64,000 bases of DNA from Clostridia bacterium (GTDB lineage: Bacteria; Bacillota; Clostridia; TANB77; CAG-465): assembly GCA_045536565.1 (NCBI GenBank), contig JAZSNU010000011.1, positions 1 through 64,000 of the forward strand, read 5' to 3'. Positions 1 to 9,466 of this stretch are shown here, one piece after another. Numbering within the stretch: position 1 is the stretch's first letter; every line of letters begins with the position of its first letter. Position numbers and translations under genes: made by a program. Under the pieces are notes generated by a model, which saw only the letters and a program-made list of their open reading frames with translations, was not told the DNA's origin and did not search any database.

Positions 1-66
1 GAAAAAATAAATAATAGTTATATGTATAAAAAGACAAATATGATATAATTGTAATAGGTGATAAAA

Positions 67-1086
67 ATGATAATAAAATATCCAAAAAAAGTAAAACAAA
101 ATGATACAATTGGAATTACTGCAATATCGAGTGCAGCAAATATAGATAAAATAGATATGGCTGAGGAAAACTTAAAAGCATTAGGTTATAATATAAAAGA
201 AACAGAAAATGTAAGGACTAAATATAAGTTGGTAAGTTCATCTGGTGAGCAAAGAGCAAAAGAATTTATGGGCTTGTGGAGAGATGACGAAGTATCTCAT
301 ATTATTTCTGCAAGGGGTGGTGAATTTTCTATGGAAATGATACCATATTTGCACGAATATAAAGAAGAATTAAATGTTTTACCCCCTAAATGGATGCAAG
401 GATATTCTGATACAAGTTTAATTAACTTTTATATAACAACTAATTATAATATAGCAACTATACATGCTCAAAATGTAGGCGACTATGCTATGAAAAATTA
501 TCATAAATCATTAGTGGATACATTAGATATGACTAAATTAAATGAAAATGAAGAATACACTCAAAGTAGTTTTGAAAAATATGCAGAAAGAACAGATTTT
601 GGAGAAATGGAAGAAGAGTATAAGTTAGTATATGATAATGAATATGAAAGGCTAGATAAGAAAGAAAATATTGTAATTTCAGGCAGGCTTATTGGCGGTT
701 GTATTGATGTTATAAAAACAATACTTGGAACACCATATGATAATGTAAATAATTTTTGTAATCAGTTTAAAGAAGGTATGGTGTGGTATTTAGAAAATTG
801 CGAAATGCCAGTGCCAGATCTTTATAGGGCTCTATGGCAAATGAGAGAAGCAGGTTGGTTTAATAATGTAAATGCATTTTTAATTGGGAGAACATATAGC
901 AAGGAAACAGTAGATGATTTCACATATCTTGATGCAATAAATGATAGCCTAGGTACGCTTAATGTTCCAATAATTTATGATATAGATGTAGGACATGTAC
1001 CACCACAAATGACTTATATAAATGGAGCATATGCAGAATTTGAATATGTAGATTCAAAAGGTATATTAAAACAAAAATACATATAA
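67..1086 (+). CDS. S66 family LD-carboxypeptidase / MccF-like serine peptidase
   Basis: ARGG, GYSDTS (catalytic Ser), YLENCE (Glu), DVGHV (His) and GRLIGGC motifs. ATG at 67 follows AGGTGA; the ORF track starts at GTG 58. Confidence 0.9.
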   Translation: MIIKYPKKVKQNDTIGITAISSAANIDKIDMAEENLKALGYNIKETENVRTKYKLVSSSGEQRAKEFMGLWRDDEVSHIISARGGEFSMEMIPYLHEYKEELNVLPPKWMQGYSDTSLINFYITTNYNIATIHAQNVGDYAMKNYHKSLVDTLDMTKLNENEEYTQSSFEKYAERTDFGEMEEEYKLVYDNEYERLDKKENIVISGRLIGGCIDVIKTILGTPYDNVNNFCNQFKEGMVWYLENCEMPVPDLYRALWQMREAGWFNNVNAFLIGRTYSKETVDDFTYLDAINDSLGTLNVPIIYDIDVGHVPPQMTYINGAYAEFEYVDSKGILKQKYI

Positions 1087-1090
1087 AAGA

Positions 1091-1126
1091 AAACACCATA
1101 ATATAAATAATTGTATTATGGTGTTT
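1091..1126. terminator. Bidirectional intrinsic terminator hairpin between convergent genes
   Basis: AAACACCATAATA...TATTATGGTGTTT inverted repeat. Confidence 0.8.
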
Positions 1127-1363
1127 TTATGATTCATCTAAATTCTTAAAAAGATCGCTACAGAAAAAATCTATAATCTCAATATTAAATCCAGCACATA
1201 AATATACTATTGTTTGAAGTGTTGGGGTTTTTGAATTTCCTTTAACAATATTATTTAAAGTAGACTGTGTTATACCTGATAATGTAGCAAGCCTATTTAT
1301 TGTGATATTTCGTTCTTTACAGAGTTCAATTATTCTTTTTTGAGTTGCTTCACTAATTGTCAT
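1127..1363 (-). CDS. XRE/Cro-C1 family helix-turn-helix regulator
   Basis: 78 aa with ITINRLATLSGITQSTLNNIVKG...PTLQTI HTH pattern; GAGGTG SD on the minus strand. Confidence 0.9.
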   Translation of the reverse strand: MTISEATQKRIIELCKERNITINRLATLSGITQSTLNNIVKGNSKTPTLQTIVYLCAGFNIEIIDFFCSDLFKNLDES

Positions 1364-1412
1364 GATTAATATTTCACCTCTTATTCATTATATATAATTT
1401 ATTCGACAAATA

Positions 1413-1477
1413 TTAACCTAAAAAGGTTGACAAAAGAAGAAATATGTAATATATTGTCATTAACCGTTTAAGGTTTA
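1413..1477. promoter_or_regulatory. Divergent promoter region with two imperfect palindromic operators (TTAACC-N5-AGGTT)
   Basis: TTAACCTAAAAAGGTTGA at 1413-1430 overlaps TTGACA (1427-1432); TTAACCGTTTAAGGTTTA at 1460-1477. Confidence 0.55.
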
Positions 1478-1580
1478 ATATGCGAACACATATGATATTA
1501 ATATATAAATATTATGTGTTTGTTTTAATAAAATATAAGGGGAATAAATAATTTAAATTAAAATACATGGGGGTGATAAT

Positions 1581-2009
1581 ATGAGCACTGAAAAAGGTGA
1601 AAGAAAAGAAAATGAACTTTTAGAGTTCTTTATAGGATTTATACTTTTAGGGGTAGGACTATATATGCTTGCGCAGCAAGTTGATGTTAGAATGTCATGG
1701 TATAGTTGGCATTTTGGCTCATTTAGGCTAGCAACAGGTATGATATTTATCCCTTTAATTTTTGGAGTAATCTGGCAGATTATAAATAACAAATCAAAGC
1801 TTGCAAAAGCACTCACAATATTAGGTGTAGTAATTATAGTTGCTACTATAATTATGAGCGTAAGTATTGTGTTTAGAACAACATCTATGTATAACTATAT
1901 TATTATTTTACTAATGATATCGGTAGGAACAGGATTACTACTTAGAGTGTTATTTAAAGATAAAAAGAAAGATAGGAATGAAGAAAAAGAGATTAAAGAG
2001 GGGGAATAA
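1581..2009 (+). CDS. Four-helix integral membrane protein of unknown function
   Basis: Four hydrophobic segments; first gene of the operon, 2 nt upstream of pspA. Confidence 0.75.
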   Translation: MSTEKGERKENELLEFFIGFILLGVGLYMLAQQVDVRMSWYSWHFGSFRLATGMIFIPLIFGVIWQIINNKSKLAKALTILGVVIIVATIIMSVSIVFRTTSMYNYIIILLMISVGTGLLLRVLFKDKKKDRNEEKEIKEGE

Positions 2010-2011
2010 AA

Positions 2012-2677
2012 ATGGCAATTTTTGAAAGAATATCAGATTTAATAAAATCAAATGTAAATGATTTAATAGATAGGGCAGAAGACCCAGAAAAAATGGTAAA
2101 ACAAGTAATTATTGATATGGAGGAAGAGCTAAGAAAAACAACTAGTGCATTAGGACAAGCAATGGGAAGTCAAACTAGTATGCAAAAACAATTAGATGCA
2201 AGTATAGCAGAGTCAGAAAAATGGGAAGAAAGAGCAAAATCAGCATTAGAGGCGGGTAATGAAGAACTTGCAAAACAAGCATTAAATAATAAAGTTACAG
2301 TAGATAATAATGTAAAGCAGTATAGAGAAATGGTTCAAAAAATGGAAGAACAAATAACTAAAATAAAAGAGCAAGTAGAGGAAATAAAAGTAAAATTAGA
2401 AGAAGCAAGAGCAAAACAAGATATGCTTATAGCAAGAGACAAAATGGCAGATACAAATTTACAAATGGCAAAAACAATGGGGGACTTTGATTCAAAAAGT
2501 GCTTATGCAAAAATGGAAAAAATGGAAAAGAAAATAGAGCAAAAAGAAGCAGAGGCTCAGGCTTTTGAAGAAATTGAAAATCAGAATTCAAGTGTAGAAA
2601 AAAGTTTTGAAGAAATAGAAAAAAATGCAGAGGTAGATAGCGAACTTGAAAGATTAAAAAAAGAATTAAATAAATAA
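2012..2677 (+). CDS. pspA: PspA/IM30 (Vipp1, bacterial ESCRT-III) family protein
   Basis: MAIFERISDLIKSNVNDLIDRAEDPEKMVKQVIIDMEE N-terminus, long coiled coil, VDSELERLKKEL C-terminus. Confidence 0.93.
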   Translation: MAIFERISDLIKSNVNDLIDRAEDPEKMVKQVIIDMEEELRKTTSALGQAMGSQTSMQKQLDASIAESEKWEERAKSALEAGNEELAKQALNNKVTVDNNVKQYREMVQKMEEQITKIKEQVEEIKVKLEEARAKQDMLIARDKMADTNLQMAKTMGDFDSKSAYAKMEKMEKKIEQKEAEAQAFEEIENQNSSVEKSFEEIEKNAEVDSELERLKKELNK

Positions 2678-2695
2678 CAAAAGAGGTGAGAATAT

Positions 2696-3481
2696 ATGAA
2701 TATATTAATAGGTGCTCTCTTTATTGCAGGTGGTATAGGATTTATACTATTTAAATTTAACAAAACAAAGAAACTAGTAACAGAAGTCAAATATATGAAA
2801 ACAACTACGATACCTGAACTTAGGGAAATGCTAAATAACATGAGCAGTAGCGGAGTAGGTGATATATATAGACATTATGTAGAACTTGCAGGAACAATTG
2901 ATTCTGATGAAGAAGTAATGGCTCCTTATTCAAATAATAAAGTAGCATACTATAAGTCAAAACTATACCATGTATATCAGTATGAAACTACTAAAATAGA
3001 TAGTAATGGAAATACTTCTAGAAATATTCAAAAGAAAGAAACAATTATTAATGAAGATAGTAGTACTAGTTATATTGTTCTTAAAGATGAACAAGGTGAA
3101 AAAGTATATATTGATGTAAATAGTATTGATGATAAGATGCAGGTTGAAAAAACTTTTGAAAAATTTGAGCCGTCAAATAGAATTCAAAATTATAGAATAA
3201 ATTTAGGTAACTTTAATTTGAATTTAGATAAAGGTAATTCAAAAACATTAGGCTATAAAATGATCGAAGAAACTGTGCAGATTGGAAAACCGGGTTATGT
3301 TTTAGGCAATGCAAAATTAGATGGCGATAGGATAGTAATTGAAAGAAGTGAAGATAAAGAAACTATATTTGCACCTAAAACAGAAGATGCAATGTTAAGA
3401 GATGTAAATAAATCTAGATATGGTGCAATACTAGCAGGTATAATATTTGCACTAATTGGTTTATTTATAATGTTTAGATGA
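2696..3481 (+). CDS. GIDE/BAM-domain membrane protein (MUL1/MAPL-like domain, no RING)
   Basis: N- and C-terminal TM helices around a beta-rich domain: YVELAG, APYSNNKVAYY, KTLGYKMIEETVQIGKPGYVLG. Confidence 0.7.
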   Translation: MNILIGALFIAGGIGFILFKFNKTKKLVTEVKYMKTTTIPELREMLNNMSSSGVGDIYRHYVELAGTIDSDEEVMAPYSNNKVAYYKSKLYHVYQYETTKIDSNGNTSRNIQKKETIINEDSSTSYIVLKDEQGEKVYIDVNSIDDKMQVEKTFEKFEPSNRIQNYRINLGNFNLNLDKGNSKTLGYKMIEETVQIGKPGYVLGNAKLDGDRIVIERSEDKETIFAPKTEDAMLRDVNKSRYGAILAGIIFALIGLFIMFR

Positions 3482-3503
3482 GAAGGAAAAAAGGAGGATA
3501 TAT

Positions 3504-4265
3504 ATGAAAGCAAACAAAAGAGGATTTAGTCCTATAATTTTAGGAATTATAATACTAGCAGTTATAATAATTATCTCAATAATTATATTTACTGTTTCAA
3601 ACAACAAATCAAGTAGCAATAATTATGATAGTTCATATGATTATGAAGAAGAATTTTCAAATAAAAAGAAACTAAATCGAAAAGATATTTCGACTATTGT
3701 AGTAGAAGAAAAAGAATATGATTTAACAAAAACATTAAGAGATTCAGGGATAAGTGTAAGTGAATTAAATTATGTCAAAGAAGAACAAATAGTAGAATAT
3801 AACGAACTTAAAAACAAGTCAGAAGAAAATAGATATATAATGTATTCTGATTTTGCAAAATGGATAGATGTAAATAATAGTGAGATTTCTAATACTGTAA
3901 CTGTAAAACCTGGTCAAATAGTAGAATGTTGGTTTGAGACAGAGGATGAAGATTTTTTTGGAAGTGGAGCAGTAATTAATAATTCAAATAGCAATAAAAA
4001 TATATTAGATTGTAATGTTGAAAGTTGGAGCAATATTTGGGTAGTTAAAGGTGGAGGCTCATTAAATGGACTTTCAGTTGGAGAAAGCACAAGAGATGAG
4101 GTAATTAAAAAATATAAAAAATATGCAATAACTAATGAATATAGTGATGATGTACTTATTGAATGTAAAGATGGCTCGAAAGTTACATTTAGATTTCATG
4201 ATGAAGATACAAGTGTATCAGAGCCGGGGAAAATTAGCTATATAGATATAGAATTAAAATATTAG
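3504..4265 (+). CDS. Membrane-anchored exported protein with a possible class III (prepilin-like) signal
   Basis: MKANKRG|FSPIILGIIILAVIII N-terminus; soluble C-terminal part. Confidence 0.6.
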   Translation: MKANKRGFSPIILGIIILAVIIIISIIIFTVSNNKSSSNNYDSSYDYEEEFSNKKKLNRKDISTIVVEEKEYDLTKTLRDSGISVSELNYVKEEQIVEYNELKNKSEENRYIMYSDFAKWIDVNNSEISNTVTVKPGQIVECWFETEDEDFFGSGAVINNSNSNKNILDCNVESWSNIWVVKGGGSLNGLSVGESTRDEVIKKYKKYAITNEYSDDVLIECKDGSKVTFRFHDEDTSVSEPGKISYIDIELKY

Positions 4266-4276
4266 AGGTGAGATAA

Positions 4277-5827
4277 TTGAAAAGATATAAAATAGGAAGT
4301 ATGAAAATTGTAATAGGAATTATACTTCTTGTTATAGTTTTGATAGGAGCAGTTGTTGTTTCTATGAAATTAGTAAACAATTCAGATATAACTAGTTCAG
4401 AAGCAAATAATAATGAAATAGAAACAGGTACTAGTTCATCTAACAAAGAACTTATAGCAGTATATAATTCTGAGAAAAAGGCATATGGATTGATTGATGT
4501 TACAGGTAAAACGGTACTAGATTTTAAATATGATAAAATAACACCTTTTTACAATACATTTAAATTAGAAAAAGATGATGAAATAACATATGTTACAAAA
4601 AGTAATAAATCATTAAAAAAATATAAAGAATGTGATATGGAAGAAAGTAGACAATCAGATATAGGCTTAATAATAGCAAAAGACGATAGTAAAATTTATG
4701 TTATAAATCAAGATGGAAAAGAGATTTATAGCACAAATAAAGAAGAAATTAAAAATATGCGTGAGAGAAATACTTCTCTTGGAATTTGGACTTTTATATC
4801 TACGGATAGTAAGGAAATAGTATTAAATAACGAGGAATTAATATGTGAAATTTCACAAAAAGAATTCTATGGTTCAGCAGATAATTATATAATATTAGAA
4901 AAAGATGGAGTATTTACCACAAAACAATATGATAATAAAGGAAAAGTTATAAAGACAATAGAAAATGAAGGTATGCTAGATTATAACAATACTTATTATG
5001 TTTTATGCGGTAATTTAGAAAAAAGAGGTTATTCTAATGTGGGAACAGCAAAAGTATATTTACATGATGGAACTTTCGTTGCAGAAGCATTTTATAATGG
5101 AACTAAATCAGAATGCTATGTAATACAGGATGATTTGTTATTAATTAGTAGTTCTGATAACAATAAAACTAGAGCAAGTATTTACAAGAATGGAGTAAAA
5201 ATGAAAGACTTAGAGAACCATTGGGTAGATAATGGCGGATCAATTGTAAATGGTGTAATATCAGTAGAAAGCACAGATGGTTTAAAAACATACTATTATG
5301 ATGAGAATGGTAATAAATTATCAAATATAGATATTGAAAATGATAGTTATGGCTCAGTATATGCTAATTATTTTAATGGGTATATATATAAAGGTTTCGA
5401 TGATGCACAAGATGCAAAAGTATTAGACGCAAAAACAGGTGAAGTAAAAATAGATAACCTTTGGTATAACAATATAAATAATATGTTTATACCAAATACA
5501 AATGGTAAATATATGATTGTTTCAACAAATGATAATAAATCAGCCATAGTAAATTATAAATTGGAAATAGTTGTTGATTATCAAGAGGGATATTTTACAT
5601 ATTTTGATATAGAAAATCCATACAATTATGATAAAGATACAATATATTTTATAAAAGAAGATGATGGCTCAGGAGTATCATTAATAGCATATGATTTAAC
5701 TGATAATTGTAAAGTTAAATTTGAAATTAATGGTAACTGGACAGAGAGAGGAATAAATTATATAGGTATGATTGAAAATTATTTTACATATAAATACTAT
5801 GATTTAAATGGTAATTTAATATATTAA
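4277..5827 (+). CDS. Membrane-anchored WG-repeat-like beta-repeat protein
   Basis: N-terminal TM; YGLIDVTGKTVLDFKYDKI, YVINQDGK, YYYDENGNKL, YYDLNGNLIY repeats. Confidence 0.7.
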   Translation: MKRYKIGSMKIVIGIILLVIVLIGAVVVSMKLVNNSDITSSEANNNEIETGTSSSNKELIAVYNSEKKAYGLIDVTGKTVLDFKYDKITPFYNTFKLEKDDEITYVTKSNKSLKKYKECDMEESRQSDIGLIIAKDDSKIYVINQDGKEIYSTNKEEIKNMRERNTSLGIWTFISTDSKEIVLNNEELICEISQKEFYGSADNYIILEKDGVFTTKQYDNKGKVIKTIENEGMLDYNNTYYVLCGNLEKRGYSNVGTAKVYLHDGTFVAEAFYNGTKSECYVIQDDLLLISSSDNNKTRASIYKNGVKMKDLENHWVDNGGSIVNGVISVESTDGLKTYYYDENGNKLSNIDIENDSYGSVYANYFNGYIYKGFDDAQDAKVLDAKTGEVKIDNLWYNNINNMFIPNTNGKYMIVSTNDNKSAIVNYKLEIVVDYQEGYFTYFDIENPYNYDKDTIYFIKEDDGSGVSLIAYDLTDNCKVKFEINGNWTERGINYIGMIENYFTYKYYDLNGNLIY

Positions 5828-5844
5828 AATGGAGGTGATAATAA

Positions 5845-6978
5845 ATGAAATGTGTAAAATGTGGAAATGAAATGCCAGAAGGTAAAAAGTTTTGTGAAAA
5901 TTGTGGAACGCCACTTGTTCAAAATACAGTTTCGCAAGCACAAACTAATGTAGATACTGGTAAAAGGAAAAATACAAAAACAGGTTTATTTATATTTATA
6001 GGAGTAATAATCCTAGCTGTTATAATAGCCGTTATTTGCGTAGCAAACGCAGTTAAAAACAAAGTAAGTGCTGGATTAAACGAATTAAATACTATGGGAG
6101 AGTATATAAATGATTTTGCAAATGAAGTTCAAGATGAGATTGAAGAACAAGTTGAAGAGGAAAAGTATGTAGACATAGAATGGAAATTACCTTTGTTAAA
6201 AACAGAGGGAAAAGATTCATACTTTGAATACTATTCTGATATAGAAAATTTAGAACAATATGATATCTATACAACAGCCGTAGCAGTTTCTACTAATGAT
6301 TTTTGGATAATGGAACATAAAATTAATTCAGATGATGAGAATGTAAAAGTTATAAATAAATACTACACAACAGCGTATATAGATGATAAAGAAGCAACAT
6401 ATAGCATAATATATATATTAGTTCCAAAAGGAACTGATATAAATGATATATGTATATATGTGGATGATAACACAGAAGCTTGTATATATGGAAAAGATAA
6501 TAATATTAAGCCAGTAGAAAATGGTAAAGCAACTTATGGAGAATGTATAACTTGTACAGTTGATGGTATAAGAGCATATATATTATTACTAGAATTTAAT
6601 GATAATTATAGCAGAGGTGGCGGGGGCTCTGGAACAACTGGAAGCTTTGATATTTTAGGAGCATCTGTTGAATGTTTATACATTATAGAAAAGATGCCAG
6701 AAAGAGATGCGTATAGTCCAGATATGTTTAAAACCACTTCTGAAGATAAAGATATTTTAGCAACAATTGAAGATGAAGATAGATTAAAACAAGAGCAAGA
6801 AATATACATTAATAAAATGAGGTTCCCAAATGATAATTTTTGTGGTACTTTTTCTCTACCAATATATTATGTATATAAAGAGGGAATCATGACACAAGAA
6901 GAGGCATTAAAAATATGGGAAAATAATAAAATAGGAATCAAATTTTTAGATAAAGTAGAAATTGATTGGATGAATTAG
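5845..6978 (+). CDS. Zinc-ribbon + single TM + acidic extracellular domain protein
   Basis: CVKC-x10-CENC zinc ribbon, then a TM helix. Confidence 0.8.
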   Translation: MKCVKCGNEMPEGKKFCENCGTPLVQNTVSQAQTNVDTGKRKNTKTGLFIFIGVIILAVIIAVICVANAVKNKVSAGLNELNTMGEYINDFANEVQDEIEEQVEEEKYVDIEWKLPLLKTEGKDSYFEYYSDIENLEQYDIYTTAVAVSTNDFWIMEHKINSDDENVKVINKYYTTAYIDDKEATYSIIYILVPKGTDINDICIYVDDNTEACIYGKDNNIKPVENGKATYGECITCTVDGIRAYILLLEFNDNYSRGGGGSGTTGSFDILGASVECLYIIEKMPERDAYSPDMFKTTSEDKDILATIEDEDRLKQEQEIYINKMRFPNDNFCGTFSLPIYYVYKEGIMTQEEALKIWENNKIGIKFLDKVEIDWMN

Positions 6979-6990
6979 GAGGAGTAAAAT

Positions 6991-7512
6991 ATGAATTGTA
7001 AAAATTGTGGAGCAGAAATTGCCGAAGGTAAGGCTTTTTGTGGAGAATGTGGAACAAGTGTAAATGGCGAGGTAAATACAAATGTACAAAATAATACAGC
7101 AGTGAATGGACAAACTACTACAAATGAAGGATGGAGTCCAAAGGTATATAAAATACTATCATATATAGGTATATTATGGTTAGTTGGTATGTTTGGTAAA
7201 AGAAAAAACGAACCAGCAGTAAGATTTCATGTTGGACAAGGTATAATACTTACAATATGTTCAGTTGCGTTATCAATTGTTATATATTTAATAAATACAT
7301 TTGTTATTGCTAATGTATTTGTAACTGAATTAGAAATTTGGGGTGTATCAATGGGTAAAACAGTATCTGGTACAGGTCTTGCTATAATGGGATTTTTAGA
7401 TACAGCAGTATGGGCAGTCCAAATATTATTTATGGTACTAGGAATAGTTAATGCATCAAAAGATAGAGAAAAAGAACTTCCAGTTATAGGTTCACATGCT
7501 TTCTATAAATAG
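6991..7512 (+). CDS. Zinc-ribbon + DUF4870-like membrane protein
   Basis: CKNC-x10-CGEC; LSYIGILWLVG...VRFHVGQG...GIVNA...ELPVIG pattern. Confidence 0.8.
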   Translation: MNCKNCGAEIAEGKAFCGECGTSVNGEVNTNVQNNTAVNGQTTTNEGWSPKVYKILSYIGILWLVGMFGKRKNEPAVRFHVGQGIILTICSVALSIVIYLINTFVIANVFVTELEIWGVSMGKTVSGTGLAIMGFLDTAVWAVQILFMVLGIVNASKDREKELPVIGSHAFYK

Positions 7513-7574
7513 AATTTAATATATATATTCACACCTTAATACTATACAAAATAGAATAGTATTAAGGTGATTTT

Positions 7575-8108
7575 ATGCTTAATTTTATTAAACGATTATA
7601 TGAAGATGCTAAAAATATAAAAGATAAAGACCCGGCCACAAAAAGTATTTGGGAGGTGATAATACTTTATCCTGGTTTCCATGCAATCATGTGGCATAGG
7701 TTAGCACATTTGCTATATAAATTGGATTTAAGATTTATACCTAGATTTATTTCACAAATAGTTAGATTTTTTACCGGTATAGAAATACACCCAGGAGCTA
7801 AAATTGGTAATAGATTATTTATAGACCATGGCATGGGTATAGTAATTGGTGAAACAGCAGAAATCGGAGATGATTGCACAATTTATCATCAAGTAACACT
7901 TGGTGGAACGGGTAAAGATGTAAACAAAAGGCATCCTACAATTGGAAATAATGTAATGATTGGAGCGGGAACAAAGATACTAGGTCCAATTGAAATAGGG
8001 AGTAATATAAAGATAGGGGCAGGTAGTATAGTGCTGAGTGAATGTTTGGAAGAAAATGTAACATTGGTTGGAGCACCTGCTAAGATAGTTAGAAGATATA
8101 ACAAATAA
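7575..8108 (+). CDS. cysE: Serine O-acetyltransferase
   Basis: [50 protein letters not shown]. Confidence 0.95.
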   Translation: MLNFIKRLYEDAKNIKDKDPATKSIWEVIILYPGFHAIMWHRLAHLLYKLDLRFIPRFISQIVRFFTGIEIHPGAKIGNRLFIDHGMGIVIGETAEIGDDCTIYHQVTLGGTGKDVNKRHPTIGNNVMIGAGTKILGPIEIGSNIKIGAGSIVLSECLEENVTLVGAPAKIVRRYNK

Positions 8109-8112
8109 TATT

Positions 8113-8151
8113 AACACCATAAGTATTAAAAAAATTAATATTTTTGGTGTT
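8113..8151. repeat. Palindromic hairpin, copy 1 (probable terminator of cysE)
   Basis: AACACCATAAGTATTAAAAAAATTAATATTTTTGGTGTT. Confidence 0.75.
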
Positions 8152-8409
8152 TATTTTTTGTCGTTTTATGACATACGATTTTGATTGAAAAGTATATATG
8201 TGTGTGATATATTAATGATACTTAATTCATATTTTTCATTCTAAATTTTTATTATCTATTTAATATTTTTAATCTTAATTTTAATTTTATTCCAATATAA
8301 TTATAATTCACAAATTGTAATAAATATTTTAATTTAATTTTATTATATTCATATTCAAACAAATTTCATTTGCTAAAATAGTATATAAATGTATTAAAAG
8401 GAGGAGATA

Positions 8410-9306
8410 ATGATACAAGATATTAAATTATTAAAGCCTAAATATGATGTGGTTTTTCGTGCTTTATTTGGAGAAAATAATATAAAGCTGGCAGAGACCT
8501 TTATATCAGATATATTAGGTCAAAAAGTGAAAATACAGCATATTCTAGATAGACATTTAAATATAAAAGTGGCAGAACAAAAGCTGGGTATAATGGACTA
8601 TAGAACGATATTAGAAGATAATACATATTGCAATATAGAAATACAATTACAAGAGCATGATTATGAAATAGAAAGATTTTTATACTATTTAGCAGATACA
8701 TATTCAAGACAACTGTCAAATGGAGAAATATATGAAGAACTGAACAAAACAATAAGTATAGTAATATTAGATCATGAAATAGAGCAATTAAAAGACTTCA
8801 ATAAATTAAATGTAAAATGGCAGATGAGGGACAACATTACAGGTGTGCATTTGTTGACAGATAAGTTTGAAATGTGTATAATAGAACTACCAAAAGCAAA
8901 AAGGTTATATGAAAATTTAAATAATGATAAAATATGTAACTGGATGATGTTTTTGGATGATCCAAATAGTCAGGAGGTTCTAAATATCATGGAAAAAGAT
9001 AAAGATATTAAGACAGCCAGTGAAAAATTAAAATATTTAAGTAAAGATGAAGAAATAAGAAGAATAGCAGAATTAAAAGAAAAGGCAAGAAGAGATGCAT
9101 ATGCAGTTGAACAATTTAATATTAGAAAAGGACTAGAAAAAGGAATTAAGCAAGGAATAGAAAAGGGGATTGAGCAAGGCATTAAACAAGGCAGAAATCA
9201 AAGAAATATTGATATAGCGAAAAACATGTTAAATGAAAATATGGATATAAAGACTATATCAAGAATTACAGGCCTTTTGGAAGAAGAAATTTTAAAATTA
9301 AAATAA
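8410..9306 (+). CDS. Rpn family recombination-promoting nuclease / PD-(D/E)XK putative transposase
   Basis: PKYDVVFRALFG, MD..., NIEIQ, ERFLYY, IIELPK motifs; (E/K/Q)GI repeats; IAKNML...ISRITGL C-terminus. Confidence 0.92.
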   Translation: MIQDIKLLKPKYDVVFRALFGENNIKLAETFISDILGQKVKIQHILDRHLNIKVAEQKLGIMDYRTILEDNTYCNIEIQLQEHDYEIERFLYYLADTYSRQLSNGEIYEELNKTISIVILDHEIEQLKDFNKLNVKWQMRDNITGVHLLTDKFEMCIIELPKAKRLYENLNNDKICNWMMFLDDPNSQEVLNIMEKDKDIKTASEKLKYLSKDEEIRRIAELKEKARRDAYAVEQFNIRKGLEKGIKQGIEKGIEQGIKQGRNQRNIDIAKNMLNENMDIKTISRITGLLEEEILKLK

Positions 9307-9321
9307 TCAAAAAGTAAAAAT

Positions 9322-9362
9322 AACACCATGAATATTAAAAATGTTTTAATATTTGTGGTGTT
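9322..9362. repeat. Palindromic hairpin, copy 2 (probable terminator of the Rpn gene)
   Basis: AACACCATGAATATTAAAAATGTTTTAATATTTGTGGTGTT, very similar to 8113-8151. Confidence 0.75.
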
Positions 9363-9466
9363 TTGTATATATTGTAAGAATTTTGTAAAAATGATATAAT
9401 AACCATTGAAAAAAATAATATATATGATATAATTGTGACTAGGTTACAATTATAAAAGGAGGATAT

